Of a stretch of DNA of 39,321 nt, positions 1-9,134 are shown in pieces (the stretch's first letter is position 1; each line of letters opens with the position of its first letter). The position numbers were made by a program, and so were the translations under genes. The stretch covers positions 1 to 39,321 of IMG/VR virus record IMGVR_UViG_3300025635_000061; one strand, given 5' to 3'. This DNA comes from a virus. Taxonomy: Duplodnaviria; Caudoviricetes. The notes under the pieces were generated by a model, which made no database searches, had not been told where the DNA came from, and worked only from the letters and a program-made list of their open reading frames with translations.

Positions 1-288
1 CGTAGACTTAAAGACTACATTCAACCATTTACAAATGGACTTGAGTATGTCAATCAAATGCGTCCTGTTCATTTTAAATGGATTTCTAACGGTAAACAAG
101 GAATTGGATTTATTGCAGATGAACTACAAGAGGTAGTTCCACAAGCAGTTACAGGTCATCCTAACGGAGAAACATATCAAGGTGTTGATGCATCATTTGT
201 AATTCCTTATCTTGTAAGTGCTGTACAAGAATTGCATGACCAAATCACAGAATTAAAAGCAGAAATTAACACTTTAAAGAATAGTTAA
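1..288 (+). CDS. Partial (5'-truncated) tail fibre/tailspike with C-terminal intramolecular chaperone (peptidase S74-like) domain
   Basis: Frame 1 is open from base 1: RRLKDYIQPFTNGLEYVNQMRPVHFKW...GFIADELQEVVPQAV...YLVSAVQEL plus a coiled-coil end. This matches the (SD)xRLK...GFIAQE...P.AV pattern of S74 chaperones. The ORF-track start at 58 is an internal Met. Confidence 0.85.
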   Translation, partial: RRLKDYIQPFTNGLEYVNQMRPVHFKWISNGKQGIGFIADELQEVVPQAVTGHPNGETYQGVDASFVIPYLVSAVQELHDQITELKAEINTLKNS

Positions 289-290
289 CC

Positions 291-764
291 ATGGCATACA
301 TCGGAAATACTGTAAGGTCAGTACCTTTTATTGTTGACACTTTCTCTGGAAATGCATCAGCAACTAATTTTACATTGACAAGAGCTCCTGCAAGTACATC
401 ATCTATTGCTGTATTTGTGAATGGTGCATATCAACAACCAACTGCTAACTATTCGTTGGATGTAACGACTATTTCGTTTACTGCTGCTCCATCAACAGGT
501 ACAAATAATATTCAAGTATTGCATATCGGTGAGGGACAGATTGCATCACAAGTTCCATCAGATGCAACGGTAACAACTCCAAAGATGGCAGCGAATGTTG
601 CGGTAACTCAATTTACTGCAAATACAACTTTAAGAGTTCCAGTTTACACAAGTAATACTACAAGGGATTCTACAATATTAACTCCATTAAGTGGAATGGT
701 TGTATTGTCTGGAACACAATTTCAAGGATACAATGGAAGTGCATGGGTAGTTCTAAATAATTAA
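291..764 (+). CDS. Virion structural/fibre-associated protein
   Basis: MAYIGN start, FSGNAS.TNFTL...VFVNGAYQQP..YS....ISFTAAP beta module and VPSDATVTTPK motif, as in T4-like phage fibre-region proteins. Confidence 0.7.
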   Translation: MAYIGNTVRSVPFIVDTFSGNASATNFTLTRAPASTSSIAVFVNGAYQQPTANYSLDVTTISFTAAPSTGTNNIQVLHIGEGQIASQVPSDATVTTPKMAANVAVTQFTANTTLRVPVYTSNTTRDSTILTPLSGMVVLSGTQFQGYNGSAWVVLNN

Positions 765-773
765 GGAGTGTAA

Positions 774-1121
774 ATGTTTTATCAGTATGGTGTTGACGTA
801 GCAGTTAAAAAATTGAGACCTGGAGCAAGATTCTCTCTATATAATTTAGATATTACTGGATGGGAAGATCCAGAAGGTAGAGAACCTCCAACTAGAGAAG
901 AAATTATAGATCAAATTGAAAAAGATAAAAAATTGCATGATTACTACATGTATCAGCAATTAAGATTTGCAGAATTTCCAGAAGGTTGGAAACAATTAGA
1001 AATGCTTTGGGATGATATGGATCAAGGCAGAATTGCTGGAAAAGATAGTTCGATCTGGTATCAGAAAATAAAAGAAGTAAAAGAAAAATACCCTAAACCA
1101 ACAGAACCGTTAGAGACATAA
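774..1121 (+). CDS. Small phage protein, possible fibre assembly chaperone
   Basis: AAGGAG SD at 763-768. Charged protein (AVKKLRPGARF...W...PPT.EEI...QLEMLWDD...IKEVKEKYPKP), a type usually found next to fibre genes. Confidence 0.55.
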   Translation: MFYQYGVDVAVKKLRPGARFSLYNLDITGWEDPEGREPPTREEIIDQIEKDKKLHDYYMYQQLRFAEFPEGWKQLEMLWDDMDQGRIAGKDSSIWYQKIKEVKEKYPKPTEPLET

Positions 1122-1853
1122 ATGGCATTATCAAAAATTACGTCACAATCAATACAAGACGAAACAATTATTCCATCCGACATTCTAGATTACTCAATTA
1201 CCAGTAGTCAGTTGTCAAATACAGGAGTAACCGCAACCACTTTCGGTGGAGGTACCTCTGGAACGGTTGTTGTTCCTGTTATTGTTACAGATATCGCTGG
1301 ACGAATAACATCAGCCGCAAATCAGTCTCTATCACTAACATCATTCGGTACAGTAGATGTTACTGCATTAGCTAGTTCTGGTAAAGTAAACGTATTCTCC
1401 CTACAGAGTAATACCACTATCTTTACAAGTAATTTAACTGTTTCTGGAACTACTTCAATAGCACAAGCAAAAGAAAAAGTTACTGTTACAGGAACAGGTG
1501 CTGGTGGTGCTATTAACTTCGATGCATTATCACAAGCAGTTGTTTATTATAACTCATCATCAACATCAAACTTTACAGTTAATGTTCGTGGTAATTCTGC
1601 AACGACATTAAATTCGGTTATGAATGTTGGTGAATCGTTGACAGTAGTTGTTGTTTCAACTCAAGGTGCATCATCGTTCTATCTAACTGGTATTACTGTT
1701 GATGGTACCGCAACTGGTGTTACAACTCGTTGGGCAACTCAATCTCCTACTGCTGGTGGTACAACCGGTATCGATGCATACACATTAACTATTATTAAAA
1801 CTGCTTCTGCAACTTACACAGTTCTTGCAGCACAAACTAAATTCGTACCATAA
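1122..1853 (+). CDS. Thr/Ser-rich virion fibre/adaptor protein
   Basis: MALSKI start, GVTATTFGG...VP...TDIAGRITSAAN fibre repeat, C-terminal beta domain ending DAYTLTIIKTASATYTVLA. Confidence 0.65.
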   Translation: MALSKITSQSIQDETIIPSDILDYSITSSQLSNTGVTATTFGGGTSGTVVVPVIVTDIAGRITSAANQSLSLTSFGTVDVTALASSGKVNVFSLQSNTTIFTSNLTVSGTTSIAQAKEKVTVTGTGAGGAINFDALSQAVVYYNSSSTSNFTVNVRGNSATTLNSVMNVGESLTVVVVSTQGASSFYLTGITVDGTATGVTTRWATQSPTAGGTTGIDAYTLTIIKTASATYTVLAAQTKFVP

Positions 1854-1859
1854 AAATAC

Positions 1860-4800
1860 ATGGCAACAATATCAACTTTTGCAGCATTTTCGTCTAGAGG
1901 TTATGGGTCATTTACTTCAGGTAGGATTGTCCCTACTGGTGGTGACTATATTATCGATAATAATGGTTCAGGTAAACGTGTTCACGTATTCTTATCTCCA
2001 GGGACTTTTACTATTCCTGCAGGTGCCGCAGTCACAACTAAATTCTCAGACCTAGAAATTCTACTTGTTGGAGGAGGTGGCGCAGCACAAGACAATAATG
2101 GTGGTGCTGGTGGAGGCGGTGGTGCAGTAGTATATGATAGTGCATTTAGAATGCCTAAAGGACATTCATTTGCTGTTACCGTAGGTGGTGCTGGTAGTGT
2201 AAGTAGAATAACAGGACTTCATGCAGCTCCAGGTGGAGGTATGGGTGGAGATTCTAACAGATATAGTAAAGGACAACCTGGAGGTTCAGGAGGTGGTGGA
2301 TCATGGCATAATGGTGGTCCTAATGGTTCTGATTATTCTGTATCAAGTCCAGGAGCAACATGGGGAACATCTGGTCCTGCTGCACCAACAAACGTAACTC
2401 CTGCATTTCCAACTCCATCATTAGGACCAGCATATGCTCCTGGTCTAACTATTTCAAGAACATGGAATACAGGTTATCATCACAATCGTGGTAACGGTCA
2501 ATATGGTTGTACAACCAATGCACCAGATTCAACAAAAGGAATCGCAGCAGGAGGAATTACTTCTCCTGCTCCAGGAACATCATACAGTCCAAAAGCATGG
2601 AGAATGCGTGGAGGTGGAGGTGCTTCTTATGTTGGTGGATTAGGTGGACAAGGTGTATTAACAGATTTTCGTAATTTAGAAAGTGGAACATACGAATTTA
2701 TACTTGCTGGTGGACATGGAAATCTTCCTAATAATGGTGACAGATCATGGAATGAACTGAAGAAGATATCAGGTGCTCGTGGTCTAAGAGATTCTGGTGT
2801 TTATAATGGAACATTCTTTTCAGCAGCTGACACGTATTCTCCGTTTCCTAATGAAACAGTAAATTGGGAAACTGATTGGGATAATCCAGTTCAAACATCT
2901 TGGGAAACTGAACCAGGAGGACGAGGTAACTATGGATCAGGTGGAAGTAAAGATCATGAGCAAGATGGAGAAAGAGGTTTTATTGTTCTAAGATATCCAG
3001 CTGCTGCCGTGACGAATCCATCATCAAACGTGTTTGGTGGAACGGTTTCAACATCTGCAAATGGTCAGTACAGATATCATATCTGGTATGGTGATAATGC
3101 AAGTGATGGTTCATATAAAGGAACTAGTGCAAATTCACAAGGATATGTTCCATTTGACAACGAGGACAATTACAGAGCAAGATATTTTGACAGTAACACT
3201 CAAGAAGCTTATTATGCTAAAAGAGGTAGTGATGGTCAACCACGTGGTGCTAACACATCTCCATTTTATCTTTATCAAGACGTTCCATCGTTTACTGTAG
3301 ATTATATGATTATAGGTGGCGGTGGTGCTTCGGGAACAAGAGGAGACTCTGGTGCTCCTGGTGGACTTAACTGGTTAGTTGGCGGAGGAGGTTCTGGTGG
3401 AGTTACAATAGGATCTTTTGCTACTCCATACAAAGAACCATATTCAACGACCATGCCATCACTTCCATCGTCATTGGCAAATGGTGCAAGTTTTTCTGAC
3501 CAAACAAGTAATTCATTCGGTCATAGACTCGGATATATTGAAGTACGTGCAAACAGTTTATTAAACTCTAAACTACAAACAAGTAAATACTTGTCATCGT
3601 TAAGTAATGATATTAATGCAAATCATAGAGAAAGAAATGGAACAGTAAGGATTCGTGGAAGTGGTACCGAATCTGCTAGGTTGTTACAAAGATTACGCCG
3701 TGATACGATTGAAGGTTATTTTGCAGACAATGGAAATAATGACACAGGTAAGCGTTACTTAGTTTATGCAGCAAATAATCCAGGTGATCCTAACTCTGAT
3801 GGATGGGGTTCTTCTATCTACCTTGATAGTGGATATGATGGATATTTTTACAGCAATTATACTAGAGTAAGAGCTGGACGTAAATTTCATTTAATGACTA
3901 GTGATGATTCTGGTCCAACTGGTCAATCTTATGAAGGTAATCCTTCTTGGAATAATGACGTAGAATTCGAGTTGGGAACAGGTGATCTAGCAACAACATT
4001 TGTTGCAACACCAACAGGAACTCATCCACAAACTGGTGAGAGTTATTATAATGCAATAAGAATAACTAGAGCACTTCCAAAATATTCTAGTGGTGGTGAT
4101 GATCTTGGAACAAATCGATACGATCAATTTCATAGTAAAATATCTTCATTTAATAGTAGTTCTCCTGGGTGGGATTCTGGTGCTTCACCAGCAATGGTAT
4201 CAGGTTTACAAAATGTTGATCCATACAATAATAGATGTTTTACATTTAATGTTGGATCAACATTCGGTGGTGGTAGAGACCTTCGTGGTTCTTATGTTCT
4301 ACAACAAGGTAATGATACAGCAACTAGAAGATTAGAACATATTAATTGGAATGATTCTGACCACACAGTTTGTGTTGATGCTGGATGGAAAATAGTTAAT
4401 GTCGATAGTGGTAAAGTCAACAGAATGACTTATACCAATGAACCAGAAGATGACGTTAGAACCCGTGTTGAAGTCTGGAGAAGATCGTTAAGAAAAATTT
4501 GGATAAGACATCTATTCGCATTTGATACAAGTGTTGGTAATGGTGGAAAAGGGAATACACAACCATTAGCACGTAGACGTTCTGGTGGAACTTCAAGTTT
4601 ACATAGACAAGATAACGATAATCCTTCTTACACAGCAGGTGGAGGTGGTGCTGGAGGATGGCACACTTATTCTAATACAGGTGAATCTCCAGTAGATAGT
4701 GGTGGAACATCTGTATCGACATCAGACAGAAGTCCAGGAACATATGCTGGTGCAGGAGTTGGTAACAACGGAATGAATTGGGGAACATTATCTCCTGCTG

Positions 4801-5681
4801 GTTCCGGTGGTGGTGCTGCACATGAAATGACTTCACTTGCTGCTAGTGCAAATCCAGTCCCAGGAGGTAGTGGTTCAACTAATGGAAGTTCTTCAGAAAC
4901 ACTTTCAACTTATGCTTCTGGAGGTGGTGGCGGTGGTTCTGTTTTTGAAAGAACTTACAGCGTAAATGGAGTAAACAACTTCTTATTTGGTGGTGCTACA
5001 AGAGGATATGGATTCTCTACAGGTAGAGACGCTAAACGAAATGCAGGGAATTCTAATTCTGGTCATGGTGGACGTGGTTGGTTTGGTAGTACAACTAATT
5101 GGGCAGGAGAAGTTGGTTCACAGAATATTTCTGGAACAAATTACTATTACTATGTAAACGTAAATCAATTCCCACACAACGCACAATTCGCTGCAGGTGG
5201 TGGCGGTGGTGCAGGTGGAGATGGCGATGATGGTTCTGGTACAGCAGGTGGTACAGGAGGTGCAGGTGGTTCAGGAGTATCATATTCATTGACTGGTTAT
5301 TCTACAGTCTATGGACATGGCGGTGGAGGTATGGGAAGATTTGTTAATGGTGCTCCAGGAAGTTCACAACCAGCAAATCCAGCAGATCAAACTGTTCCAG
5401 TTGGTGCTCCTAACGGTCCCGCTTACTTACCGTATGGTGGGGGTGGTGGTTGGTCAGCTGGTAAACAAGAAGGTTTAGGTGCGGGTGCAACTGGTTATTA
5501 TCCAGGGAATGCTCCGTGGCCAGTATCATATGATGTTTCATTAGGTACTGCACACATGGATGCAATGCGTTACTGGAATTCTGGTGTTCCTGCTGCACAA
5601 AAAGGAAACTATGGTACTGCATATTCTGGTAAACAGGGTGTAGTAATTATTTCTTACGATAGAGCACCTTACTTCAGTTAA
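1860..5681 (+). CDS. Large glycine-rich fibre-tip/adhesin protein with two polyglycine-rich domains
   Basis: 1273 aa. Two units bounded by (R/Y)xHxF/W ... (L/I)(V/I)GGGG ... GxVxxxY. The second unit carries a ~370-aa insert. Confidence 0.7.
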   Translation: MATISTFAAFSSRGYGSFTSGRIVPTGGDYIIDNNGSGKRVHVFLSPGTFTIPAGAAVTTKFSDLEILLVGGGGAAQDNNGGAGGGGGAVVYDSAFRMPKGHSFAVTVGGAGSVSRITGLHAAPGGGMGGDSNRYSKGQPGGSGGGGSWHNGGPNGSDYSVSSPGATWGTSGPAAPTNVTPAFPTPSLGPAYAPGLTISRTWNTGYHHNRGNGQYGCTTNAPDSTKGIAAGGITSPAPGTSYSPKAWRMRGGGGASYVGGLGGQGVLTDFRNLESGTYEFILAGGHGNLPNNGDRSWNELKKISGARGLRDSGVYNGTFFSAADTYSPFPNETVNWETDWDNPVQTSWETEPGGRGNYGSGGSKDHEQDGERGFIVLRYPAAAVTNPSSNVFGGTVSTSANGQYRYHIWYGDNASDGSYKGTSANSQGYVPFDNEDNYRARYFDSNTQEAYYAKRGSDGQPRGANTSPFYLYQDVPSFTVDYMIIGGGGASGTRGDSGAPGGLNWLVGGGGSGGVTIGSFATPYKEPYSTTMPSLPSSLANGASFSDQTSNSFGHRLGYIEVRANSLLNSKLQTSKYLSSLSNDINANHRERNGTVRIRGSGTESARLLQRLRRDTIEGYFADNGNNDTGKRYLVYAANNPGDPNSDGWGSSIYLDSGYDGYFYSNYTRVRAGRKFHLMTSDDSGPTGQSYEGNPSWNNDVEFELGTGDLATTFVATPTGTHPQTGESYYNAIRITRALPKYSSGGDDLGTNRYDQFHSKISSFNSSSPGWDSGASPAMVSGLQNVDPYNNRCFTFNVGSTFGGGRDLRGSYVLQQGNDTATRRLEHINWNDSDHTVCVDAGWKIVNVDSGKVNRMTYTNEPEDDVRTRVEVWRRSLRKIWIRHLFAFDTSVGNGGKGNTQPLARRRSGGTSSLHRQDNDNPSYTAGGGGAGGWHTYSNTGESPVDSGGTSVSTSDRSPGTYAGAGVGNNGMNWGTLSPAGSGGGAAHEMTSLAASANPVPGGSGSTNGSSSETLSTYASGGGGGGSVFERTYSVNGVNNFLFGGATRGYGFSTGRDAKRNAGNSNSGHGGRGWFGSTTNWAGEVGSQNISGTNYYYYVNVNQFPHNAQFAAGGGGGAGGDGDDGSGTAGGTGGAGGSGVSYSLTGYSTVYGHGGGGMGRFVNGAPGSSQPANPADQTVPVGAPNGPAYLPYGGGGGWSAGKQEGLGAGATGYYPGNAPWPVSYDVSLGTAHMDAMRYWNSGVPAAQKGNYGTAYSGKQGVVIISYDRAPYFS

Positions 5682-5685
5682 TACC

Positions 5686-5730
5686 TTTCTCCCGTTTTAG
5701 TTTGACTAAATAGACGATAAACGGGAGAAA
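5686..5730 (+). promoter_or_regulatory. 12-bp perfect inverted repeat enclosing a late promoter and pairing with the SD of the gene at 5733
   Basis: TTTCTCCCGTTT (5686-5697) and AAACGGGAGAAA (5719-5730). ACTAAATA (5705-5712) lies in the loop, and GGGAG lies in the 3' arm just before ATG 5733. Confidence 0.75.
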
Positions 5731-5732
5731 CC

Positions 5733-6065
5733 ATGGCAGATTTTGTTGAACTCACATTAGAAAAAGGCGCTACGTTTAGTAGTCAAATCACAGTTAAAGA
5801 TGACCAGGGCATCGAACAAGATTTAACTGGATACACAGCACGTTCGCAGATGCGTAAATCGTACTATGCGAATTCAAAATACGATTTTACTGTTACTGTT
5901 ACTGCACCATCAATTGGTTTAATTACCATGGCGATGACTGCTGCAAATACTTCTAACATATCTCCTGGTCGTTATGTGTATGACGTTGAAATAGAAAATA
6001 ACTCTGGTGATGTTACAAGAATATTTGAAGGGATCGTAACCGTTCTACCGAATGTTACCAGATAA
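5733..6065 (+). CDS. Conserved T4-like virion protein (Ig-like fibre/baseplate attachment type)
   Basis: L.LEKGATF...DLTGYTARSQMRKSY...L.MTAA.T..I.PGRYVYDVEI...RIFEGIVTV.P.VTR, a family typical of T4-like cyanophage-type genomes. Confidence 0.75.
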   Translation: MADFVELTLEKGATFSSQITVKDDQGIEQDLTGYTARSQMRKSYYANSKYDFTVTVTAPSIGLITMAMTAANTSNISPGRYVYDVEIENNSGDVTRIFEGIVTVLPNVTR

Positions 6066-6269
6066 ATGGCAAATTATACAGTACAGATAAAACCGAATAA
6101 AACTGCGGTTACTTCGGTTCAAATTGCAAAAACTCCATCCATATATCTTTCACAGATTGCAGACGTTGATGCTGCTGACCCAGATAATGGAGAAGTTCTA
6201 GTGTATGATTCTTTAACACAGAAATACACTATCAAAGCATTACCAGTCCTTAGAGGAGGAACATTCTAA
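6066..6269 (+). CDS. Small virion structural protein
   Basis: LSQIADVD...NGEVLVYD...KY...GGTF motif. Abuts the upstream gene and overlaps the downstream gene (TAATG). Confidence 0.6.
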   Translation: MANYTVQIKPNKTAVTSVQIAKTPSIYLSQIADVDAADPDNGEVLVYDSLTQKYTIKALPVLRGGTF

Positions 6270-8794
6270 TGGCACTCGGTAATACAGTTATACAAATAAA
6301 ATATTCTACAGCCAATGGTAGACCAGCATCTTTAAATGTTGGCGAACTTGCTTACTCGTTCGTATCAAACACATTCTTCATTGGTACATCGTCAAATACT
6401 ACTCTCAATATTGGCGGACATACAGTCACGACAGCAGTTGAGAATAGAACTTCTTTACCTTTACCGAATACTTTAGTTGAACGTGACCAGTATGGTAATT
6501 TTACTGCGAACGCAATTAACGCACCTGTATATGGTAATGCAAATACTGCTACACAGTTTCAAACAAAAAGATATATTAACATCTCTGGTGATGTAGGGAA
6601 TACAAGTAATCTATATGATGGTACTGCAAATGCAGACATCGTTTTAAAACTTGATGATTCTGGTATTGCTGCTGGAACGTATGGTGGTAATCGCACAATA
6701 CCAATTATTAAGTATTATGCAAATGGTATAGCATACTTTGCTGGAAACGTAGCCGTAGATACAATATTATCGTTTACAGGTGACTATGGTACAGGAAGTT
6801 TAGAGACTCGTACTGAAACCCTTACGTTTGGTGGTGGTGATGGTATTGGTACACATGCACATGATTCAAATAATACTGTAGATATTTTTGTTGATGAAAC
6901 AGTTGTTAAGACTGATAGAACAGATCAAACAATTCAAGGTAATATTATTATTACCGGTAACTTGAATGTTCAAGGCAATACGTTATACACTCAAACTGAA
7001 ACAGTATTAATTGAAGATAATATTATCACTCTTAATGCTGCGATTGGTCAGACATCACTTCCAATTAGAGATGCTGGTATTGAAATTGATCGTGGTCTAT
7101 TACCAAATTCTCAGATCATCTGGAATGAAACAGTTGATCGTTGGACATTTACACATGATGGAAATCTGTACTGGAACATTGGTTCTGTACAAAATGCGTT
7201 CGTAACATTTACTGCAAATGGTACACCAGTAACTCCACAGAGTAATAATGACACTCTAACCATCAGTGGTTTTGGTGGAGTATTAGTTACTGGTAACGAT
7301 AGTTCAAATACTATTACTATCGGTTTAACAGAACTTGCACAAGGTAACTCAGGTTCACAAATATTTGTTTCTCCAAACGGTGACGATTCATATGATGGAT
7401 ATGCAATCACACGTCCTAAGAGAACAGTTCGTGCTGCTGTAAATGCTGCACGACCAGGAATGAAAGTATTCATTGCTGCTGGAACATATGATGAGATTAC
7501 ACCAATCATAGTGCCACAAAGAGTTGATGTTCGTGGTGACGGTGAGCGTTCAACAATTATTAGACCTATCGATCCAACAAAAGATATATTCTGGTTGAAT
7601 AATAATTGTTTGATTACCAACATGGGATTTGAGAATTATACAGCATCGGCATGTGCATTTCCAGACCATCAAATCGTGAGTTATACTGCACAAACAGGTA
7701 ATACGAATAGTATAACTTTAGCTTTTGGTGAAGAATCTTTAATGAATTACTACACCGAAATGACAATTAGTATTATTGGTGGAACTGGCGCAGGTCAAAC
7801 AAGAACAATAACAAGTTACAACGGAACAACAAAAGTTGCTATGGTTGATAGTGTTTGGAGTAATGTTCCAGACAATACTTCCGTATATAAAATTTTTATT
7901 CAGAAAAGAACATCTCCTGCAGCGAATACTGCACGATGGACTACATTCATTACTGCATCACCATACGTTTATGTTTGTTCATCAAGAACAACGACTGGTA
8001 CTGGATTAAAAGTAGATGGTGCTCGTGCAACCGGTAATAAGAGTATGGTATCTGCACAATTTACTCAAGTTAATACTGGAGGAATCGGATTCCACGTATT
8101 GAATGATGGTTATGCACAGTTAGTTTCTATGTTCGGTATTTTCTGCGATACAGCATTCTTAGCAGAGAGTGGTGGTACTGCATCGATGGGTAACTGTAAC
8201 GTCAATTTTGGTAATCGTGGATTGATGGCAAATGGTCGTGGTGCATTAATTATGACTGCAACATTAAGTGTTGCTGGAAATATTAACGACTTTACACTCA
8301 ATCTAAATAACATATCAGTTAATACCGATCCTTACATGAGTGTTACTGCAAACGTACCTTATGTTGGATTAGTTGGATATGTTGATGGTGATACATCAGA
8401 TACTTATTATTATGTGACATCATCAGAACTTCCAGTTGCTGGAAGCACTATAACAAGTCTGAAGAATTCTTTGGATAATGTATTTACTACTGGAACAACA
8501 ATTAGATTTTATCAACAAAGTCAACTTCGTGCATCAGGACAGACGTTTGAATTTGTTGGAGCAGGAACAACATTAACAACTGCATTACCGAGAAATGGCG
8601 GAGTACCAAATAGTGAAGCACAGATTGTAAGAGCAAATGGTGGTGCGGTATTCTGCACTTCAACAAATGAAAACGGAGATTTTCAAGTGTCTGATTTAAT
8701 TATCGAACAAACTACAGGTACTATTTCTGGTAGAACATTCAGTAAAAGTTTATATGCAGAATTGACTCCGTTTATTCTAGCATTGGAAGGCTAA
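6269..8794 (+). CDS. Tail fibre/tailspike with pectin-lyase-like beta-helix region
   Basis: N-terminal IQIKYS...P.SL.VGELAY. Shaft module DNIITLN...AGIEIDRG...WNE. IFVSPNGDDSYDG...PKRTVRAA...IAAGTYDE...V.GDG.R beta-helix entry. Hydrophobic C-terminus TPFILALEG. Confidence 0.7.
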   Translation: MALGNTVIQIKYSTANGRPASLNVGELAYSFVSNTFFIGTSSNTTLNIGGHTVTTAVENRTSLPLPNTLVERDQYGNFTANAINAPVYGNANTATQFQTKRYINISGDVGNTSNLYDGTANADIVLKLDDSGIAAGTYGGNRTIPIIKYYANGIAYFAGNVAVDTILSFTGDYGTGSLETRTETLTFGGGDGIGTHAHDSNNTVDIFVDETVVKTDRTDQTIQGNIIITGNLNVQGNTLYTQTETVLIEDNIITLNAAIGQTSLPIRDAGIEIDRGLLPNSQIIWNETVDRWTFTHDGNLYWNIGSVQNAFVTFTANGTPVTPQSNNDTLTISGFGGVLVTGNDSSNTITIGLTELAQGNSGSQIFVSPNGDDSYDGYAITRPKRTVRAAVNAARPGMKVFIAAGTYDEITPIIVPQRVDVRGDGERSTIIRPIDPTKDIFWLNNNCLITNMGFENYTASACAFPDHQIVSYTAQTGNTNSITLAFGEESLMNYYTEMTISIIGGTGAGQTRTITSYNGTTKVAMVDSVWSNVPDNTSVYKIFIQKRTSPAANTARWTTFITASPYVYVCSSRTTTGTGLKVDGARATGNKSMVSAQFTQVNTGGIGFHVLNDGYAQLVSMFGIFCDTAFLAESGGTASMGNCNVNFGNRGLMANGRGALIMTATLSVAGNINDFTLNLNNISVNTDPYMSVTANVPYVGLVGYVDGDTSDTYYYVTSSELPVAGSTITSLKNSLDNVFTTGTTIRFYQQSQLRASGQTFEFVGAGTTLTTALPRNGGVPNSEAQIVRANGGAVFCTSTNENGDFQVSDLIIEQTTGTISGRTFSKSLYAELTPFILALEG

Positions 8795-8795
8795 A

Positions 8796-9134
8796 ATGGC
8801 AAGTAATATCCCACTAAATTCGTTTAAAACTGTAATAACAAACATAACAAATTCTGCTAATACTGTATATACGGCTCCTCCTGGAGTTACTACTGTAGTT
8901 CTATTAGCACAAGTTTCTAATATTGACACTTCAACAGTTACCGTAACAGCAGCACATCGTCGTGGTGCGAACAATACTCGTTTGATTGCAAACGTAAAGA
9001 TTCCTATTCAGGATGCTGGTAGCTTGTTGACTGGTAAACTTGTTTTAGAATCTGGAGATGGTTTCTCTATCCAAGCAGATAGAATAAATGCTGCTGAATT
9101 AACATTGTCAATACTAGAAACTGCTAATGCGTAA
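8796..9134 (+). CDS. ~110-aa YTxP beta-sandwich cap/adaptor protein
   Basis: FKT...VYTAPPG...VLLAQVSN...KLVLESGD...SILE. Same type as 24899 and 27990. Confidence 0.6.
   Translation: MASNIPLNSFKTVITNITNSANTVYTAPPGVTTVVLLAQVSNIDTSTVTVTAAHRRGANNTRLIANVKIPIQDAGSLLTGKLVLESGDGFSIQADRINAAELTLSILETANA

Noticed and set aside
3421-4525. Intein or homing endonuclease in the insert
   Set aside because: No splice-junction (C/S...HN) pattern and no LAGLIDADG or HNH motifs were recognised
5686-5730. Rho-independent terminator
   Set aside because: The loop is 21 nt and no U-tract follows the stem on either strand. SD occlusion fits better.
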